Source: Nitrososphaerales archaeon (GTDB lineage: Archaea > Thermoproteota > Nitrososphaeria > Nitrososphaerales > UBA213). Taken from it: a stretch of 7,867 bases of DNA. Positions 4,211 through 7,867 of this stretch are shown piece by piece. A model generated the notes under the pieces. That model was not told the DNA's origin. It did no database searches and saw only the letters and a list, made by a program, of their open reading frames with translations. The stretch spans positions 1 through 7,867 of the forward strand of contig JAWCSA010000085.1 of the NCBI GenBank assembly GCA_038868975.1, in the 5' to 3' direction. The position numbers and the translations under genes were made by a program. How positions within the stretch are numbered: the stretch's first letter is position 1; each line of letters begins with the position of its first letter.

Positions 4211-5584
4211 GTGTTGGCGTTACCAAAATCAGGCATATTCCAGTTAAGCAAAAAGCAACGCGCAATATACGTTCAAAAGAGAAAACCTAGAGTTTGTGTT
4301 ATAGGTCTAGGGAGGGTTGGTCTTCCAGCTGCTGTGGCGTTTGCCATTAAGGGATTCTATACCATAGGTGTTGATATCAACCGCTCATTGGTATACCATG
4401 TGAACACAGGCAAGTTGAACTTTATAGATGAACCGGGGTTGGGAAAGTTGCTTAAGCGTGTCAAAAAGGGATTTCTGAATGCTACCACTAATATAAGAAG
4501 CGCAATAGCTGAAAGCGAAATTATTCTTCTTTGTCTACCAACTCCATTAAATATTGAAACAAAGGAAGCAGATTATTCACATTTAGAATCTGCTTGTAAG
4601 GAATTTAGCTCTCTAAATAAAGGATCTATGATCTGTGTAGAAAGCACCGTCTCTCCTGGTATTGTAGAAAATCTAGTTATACCATTAATAGAAAAAGTAT
4701 CTGGTTTGAGGGCTGGTATAGACTTTGGTATAGCAAGTTGTCCCGAAAGAGTAAACCCTTCATCCATCGCAAGGGATCTCTATAACGTCCCACGAGTAAT
4801 AGGTGGCATGAACGATAAGAGTACAGATTTGGCTGCTTTCATTTACGAAAAAGTTTTCGGAGTGGAGATAACTAGGGTTAGAAACTGCATGACTGCCAAT
4901 GCTTCAAAACTTGCAGAAAACGTTTTCAGATATGTTAACATTGCATATGTTACAGAACTAGCATTGCTGTTCGAAAGAATGGGAATAGACGTTCGTGAGG
5001 TTGTTAAAGCATGTGCAACAAAATACAACTTTGTTCCACATTACCCCGGTGTTGGCGTTGGTGGTTCCTGCCTGCCTGTTAATACATACCAGCTATTGCA
5101 TACTGCAGCTATGAGCAAGGCCGATCTGCACTTGCTAGACGTAGCGAGGAGAATTAATGAGAATATGCCATTGCGTATAGTTCAGCATGTTGAGCAATTG
5201 CTGAGTCGTGTAGGTAAATCACTAACCAATTCAACAGTAACAGTCCTTGGTGTAACCTACAAACCAAATGTAACAGATACGAGAATAAGTCCTGTCGAGG
5301 TGATAATACGGGAATTGAAGGACAGAGGTGCAAAGGTTAAGGTTTATGACCCATTTGTAGAAGGCGAAATATTTTCATGCAGAGTTGAGAAAGATTATGC
5401 AGAAGCGGTCGATGGATCCGATGTAATCGTCATAGGAACTCCTCATGACAAATTCAGAAACATGAACTTCAAGGTAGTAATAGAAAGAATGAACTCTCCA
5501 GTAATATTTGATCCAACGGGTTTCTTAGCAAAGAAATTGAGAAAGTACAAGGTAACATATGACAGTATAGGTGAAGATCCGTAG
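4211..5584 (+). CDS. Nucleotide-sugar 6-dehydrogenase of the UDP-glucose/GDP-mannose dehydrogenase family, WecC/WbpA-like (UDP-N-acetyl-hexosamine dehydrogenase clade), 457 aa
   Basis: N-terminal Rossmann motif VCVIGLGRVGLPAAVAFAIKGFYTIGVDIN; catalytic cysteine block GVGVGGSCLPVN; C-terminal UDP-binding block VTVLGVTYKPNVTDTRISP. The only in-frame starts before the Rossmann motif are GTG 4211 and TTG 4214. Confidence 0.9.
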   Translation: MLALPKSGIFQLSKKQRAIYVQKRKPRVCVIGLGRVGLPAAVAFAIKGFYTIGVDINRSLVYHVNTGKLNFIDEPGLGKLLKRVKKGFLNATTNIRSAIAESEIILLCLPTPLNIETKEADYSHLESACKEFSSLNKGSMICVESTVSPGIVENLVIPLIEKVSGLRAGIDFGIASCPERVNPSSIARDLYNVPRVIGGMNDKSTDLAAFIYEKVFGVEITRVRNCMTANASKLAENVFRYVNIAYVTELALLFERMGIDVREVVKACATKYNFVPHYPGVGVGGSCLPVNTYQLLHTAAMSKADLHLLDVARRINENMPLRIVQHVEQLLSRVGKSLTNSTVTVLGVTYKPNVTDTRISPVEVIIRELKDRGAKVKVYDPFVEGEIFSCRVEKDYAEAVDGSDVIVIGTPHDKFRNMNFKVVIERMNSPVIFDPTGFLAKKLRKYKVTYDSIGEDP

Positions 5585-5597
5585 GTTAGTGCTTGCA

Positions 5598-6650
5598 ATG
5601 AAGTTCTGGTTTGACATTCTCACACCCAAACAGGTGAACTTTTTCAAGCCTGTAGTAGATGAGCTGAAGAAGAAGCATGATGTTTTATGTACAACACGTA
5701 GTTACAGGGAAGTTAAGGAACTTGCGCGGATAAAGAATTTTGATCTGCTTTCAGTGGGAAAACACGGCGGTGAATCATTACTTACCAAGTTACGCACTAG
5801 TGCTAATAGAGTGGTGAGGTTAATAGAAATAATTGATGAATTCAAACCAGACGCACTGGTCAGCTTAGCCTCACCAGAGGCATCTAGAGTGGCATTCGGT
5901 TTGGGCATAAAACACATAGGATTTTGCGATGCTCCACATGCAGAAGCTGTGTGTAGGCTATCGATCCCCCTTATGAGCTTGCTCATGCATCCAGCAATAA
6001 TTCCCAGGAGGGAGTTTATGAAATACGGTATTGAACGAAAACGGCTGGTTCGCTACAGAGCAATAGACCCCGCAATGTGGTTGCGTGATGGCGTGAAACA
6101 GATCTACAGACACGGTGATCTAGGACTGGATCCCTCAAGAAAGGTAATAACATTCAGATTTGAAGAATCACAGGCGGCCTATCTACGAGCTGTTGATAAA
6201 TCTATTTCCTTCAAAATGCTAAAATCTTTGGTCAATACATTTGATCATAATATTGTTATTCTAAGCCGTTATGCTGATCAGATAGAGGTATTGAAGCGCG
6301 AGTTTGCAAGTAAAGCAACAGTTATGGAAAGAGTTATTGATGGCACATCCTTACTAATGCTGTCTGACGTTTTCATTGGTTCAGGAGGCACTATGAACTG
6401 GGAATGTGCTCTGATGGGTATACCGAATGTATCTTACACCCAAATGAAATACCATGTAAACGAGTACCTGATAAAGAAAGGGTTGATAGTTAGGTGCAGG
6501 GATGCGTCGCTATTAATCAAACTTGTGAAAAAGATGCTTTTCGATGACTCTTATAGAGATAATTTAAAACAAAAAAGCAAAAATGAACTCGCGGGAATGG
6601 AGGATATTAAGAAAAAGACCATTGATATCTTGGAATATAAAGTAAACTAA
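5598..6650 (+). CDS. DUF354-family protein (predicted GT-B fold, epimerase/glycosyltransferase-like), about 350 aa
   Basis: MKFWFDILTPKQVNFFKPVVDELKKKHDVLCTTRSYREV...SVGKHGG matches my recollection of the conserved DUF354 N-terminus (M-K-I-W-x-D-I-x-x-P-x-x-V-x-F-F-K-P). The C-terminal FIGSGGTMNWECALMGIPNV resembles the G-G-x-x-x-E-x-x-x-x-G-x-P block of WecB/MurG-type GT-B proteins. The ORF track begins at GTG 5571, overlapping the upstream gene. ATG 5598, 13 nt after the dehydrogenase stop, fits the family N-terminus better. Confidence 0.7.
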   Translation: MKFWFDILTPKQVNFFKPVVDELKKKHDVLCTTRSYREVKELARIKNFDLLSVGKHGGESLLTKLRTSANRVVRLIEIIDEFKPDALVSLASPEASRVAFGLGIKHIGFCDAPHAEAVCRLSIPLMSLLMHPAIIPRREFMKYGIERKRLVRYRAIDPAMWLRDGVKQIYRHGDLGLDPSRKVITFRFEESQAAYLRAVDKSISFKMLKSLVNTFDHNIVILSRYADQIEVLKREFASKATVMERVIDGTSLLMLSDVFIGSGGTMNWECALMGIPNVSYTQMKYHVNEYLIKKGLIVRCRDASLLIKLVKKMLFDDSYRDNLKQKSKNELAGMEDIKKKTIDILEYKVN

Positions 6651-6658
6651 TTATACAT

Positions 6659-6679
6659 ATGACAGTTGAGTTCTGTCAT
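6659..6679 (+). promoter_or_regulatory. 7-bp hairpin ATGACAG / CTGTCAT (7-nt loop) overlapping the mtnA start codon
   Basis: 6659-6665 atgacag and 6673-6679 ctgtcat are exact reverse complements. The 3' arm includes the A and T of the ATG at 6678-6680. The hairpin fills most of the 27-nt spacer after the DUF354 gene. Any function (terminator remnant or translational control) is inferred only. Confidence 0.3.
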
Positions 6680-7721
6680 GCGTTCAACCGCGCTTTTGAC
6701 AGTTAATTGGAAGGATGGTTCAGTTTTAATTATTGATCAAACCAAGTTACCTAATAAACTTGAATATGTTAAATGTACCTCATATGAACAGGTTGCAGAT
6801 TGCATCAAAAACATGGTAATAAGGGGTGCACCTGCCATAGGTGTTGCTGCTGCATTCGGTCTTGCACTTACGGCGGTAAAAAGTAAGGCAGAAAAACCAA
6901 ATGAACTTTTGCACGAGCTTGATACAGCTTTCAAGGTTCTAAGGAATACAAGACCTACTGCTGTAAACCTATTCTGGGCTCTTGAACGCGTCATGAGTAA
7001 GGCAAGAGAGCAAGCTAGCGTCAAGGCAATCAAGGATGTGGTTTTAAGGGAAGCGTTGAAGATGGCAGAAGAGGACATCAGCACAAATAAGCAGATGGGC
7101 GCATTTGGCGCTTCTTTGATAGAAGATGGCGATTCCGTTTTAACGCATTGCAATGCAGGCGCATTGGCAACAGTAGCATATGGCACAGCGTTGGGTGTAT
7201 TGAGAGCAGCGCAGGAGCAGGGTAAGCGCATAAGTGTAATTGCAACAGAAACAAGGCCAGTGCTTCAGGGAGCGAGGCTGACAGCGTTCGAGCTTAAACA
7301 CGATGGGATAGATGTCAGTGTTGCACCTGATACGGCTATAGGTGCACTCATGGCGAGAGGAATTATAAAGAAAGTCATTGTTGGGGCTGACCGTGTGTTG
7401 AGAACAGGGCATGTGTTTAACAAGATTGGAACTTACCAAGTGGCAATACTTGCAAACAAGCATAACATACCTTTCTACGCAGCTGCACCATTATCAAGCT
7501 TTGATATGAAGAGCGATCCTGATCAGGTTACTATTGAAGAGCGGTCATTCGATGAAGTCACTAGTTTGGGAGGAAAGAGAATAGTGCCAAAGGGTGTGAG
7601 GGTGTTCAACCCAGCCTTCGATGTAACACCTCCAGAACTCATAACGGGCATCATAACAGAGAGAGGCGTTTTAAGACCACCCTATGAAACGTCGATAAGA
7701 ACTGTATTAGAACAACATTGA
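6678..7721 (+). CDS. mtnA: S-methyl-5-thioribose-1-phosphate isomerase (eIF-2B alpha/beta/delta-like family, MtnA / aIF-2BI type)
   Basis: Family-typical blocks: WKDGSVLIIDQTKLP, IRGAPAIGVAAAFGLAL, TRPTAVNLFWAL, THCNAGALATVAYGTALGVLR, ETRPVLQGARLTAFEL, VGADRV...NKIGTYQVAILA, FYAAAP, NPAFDVTPPELITGIITERGV. The ORF track starts at TTG 6666; ATG 6678 (MRSTALLTVNW...) is the more likely start. Confidence 0.88.
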   Translation: MRSTALLTVNWKDGSVLIIDQTKLPNKLEYVKCTSYEQVADCIKNMVIRGAPAIGVAAAFGLALTAVKSKAEKPNELLHELDTAFKVLRNTRPTAVNLFWALERVMSKAREQASVKAIKDVVLREALKMAEEDISTNKQMGAFGASLIEDGDSVLTHCNAGALATVAYGTALGVLRAAQEQGKRISVIATETRPVLQGARLTAFELKHDGIDVSVAPDTAIGALMARGIIKKVIVGADRVLRTGHVFNKIGTYQVAILANKHNIPFYAAAPLSSFDMKSDPDQVTIEERSFDEVTSLGGKRIVPKGVRVFNPAFDVTPPELITGIITERGVLRPPYETSIRTVLEQH

Positions 7722-7867
7722 AACATTTGTTCCGCTTATCAAATATAGAAAGCACGATTATGATCCTCTTCGAGTGCGGACATGATTATATGGAATACGC
7801 GGCAAGGATCACAGGTACGGCACATATAGAAACCTTGGTAAGTGCGGTGCATAAGAAGATGATATGA

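Noticed and set aside
5571-5597. GTG 5571 as start of the DUF354 gene (ORF-track start)
   Set aside because: It would overlap the dehydrogenase stop by 14 nt and add a non-conserved MKIRRLVLA extension. ATG 5598 gives the family-typical MKFWFDI N-terminus.
6737-7463. 164-aa and 107-aa ORFs on the minus strand
   Set aside because: Both are antisense to the strongly supported mtnA CDS. Their composition (Ala/Cys/Ser-rich) is that of a GC-rich gene read on the wrong strand.
1-7867. CRISPR arrays, tRNA or rRNA genes
   Set aside because: There are no regularly spaced direct repeats of 24-40 nt. No intergenic segment shows cloverleaf-like structure or rRNA-like conservation.

Overview
The window looks archaeal (about 40% GC; DUF354 and ALG11-like proteins; TATA-like boxes about 25-30 nt upstream of start codons), though this origin is low confidence. 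It splits into two parts.

The left 1.8 kb is an insertion-sequence graveyard:
- A frameshifted, edge-truncated DDE transposase remnant lies at 3-414 (+).
- An apparently intact IS110-family DEDD recombinase gene lies at 635-1606 (-).
- The non-coding flanks of that gene (415-634 and 1607-1833) are degenerate, collinear direct copies of each other. They extend into decayed copies of the opposite ends of the transposase gene.

The flank 3' of the recombinase contains two adjacent modules at 492-585. Each is a stem enclosing a symmetric internal loop and an inner hairpin, which is the general architecture of IS110 bridge (guide) RNAs. One inner hairpin is preserved in the other flank by four compensatory base-pair changes. 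The GTG start of the transposase is buried in a perfect 10-bp hairpin.

The right 6 kb is a surface-glycan gene cluster followed by a housekeeping gene:
- A GT4 (ALG11-like) glycosyltransferase is coupled to an FkbM-family methyltransferase on the minus strand.
- Divergently transcribed from these are a WecC/WbpA-like nucleotide-sugar dehydrogenase and a DUF354 protein.
- mtnA (methylthioribose-1-phosphate isomerase) follows.

No rRNA, tRNA or CRISPR array is visible. All family calls come from recognising motifs in the translations by eye. No database search was possible.
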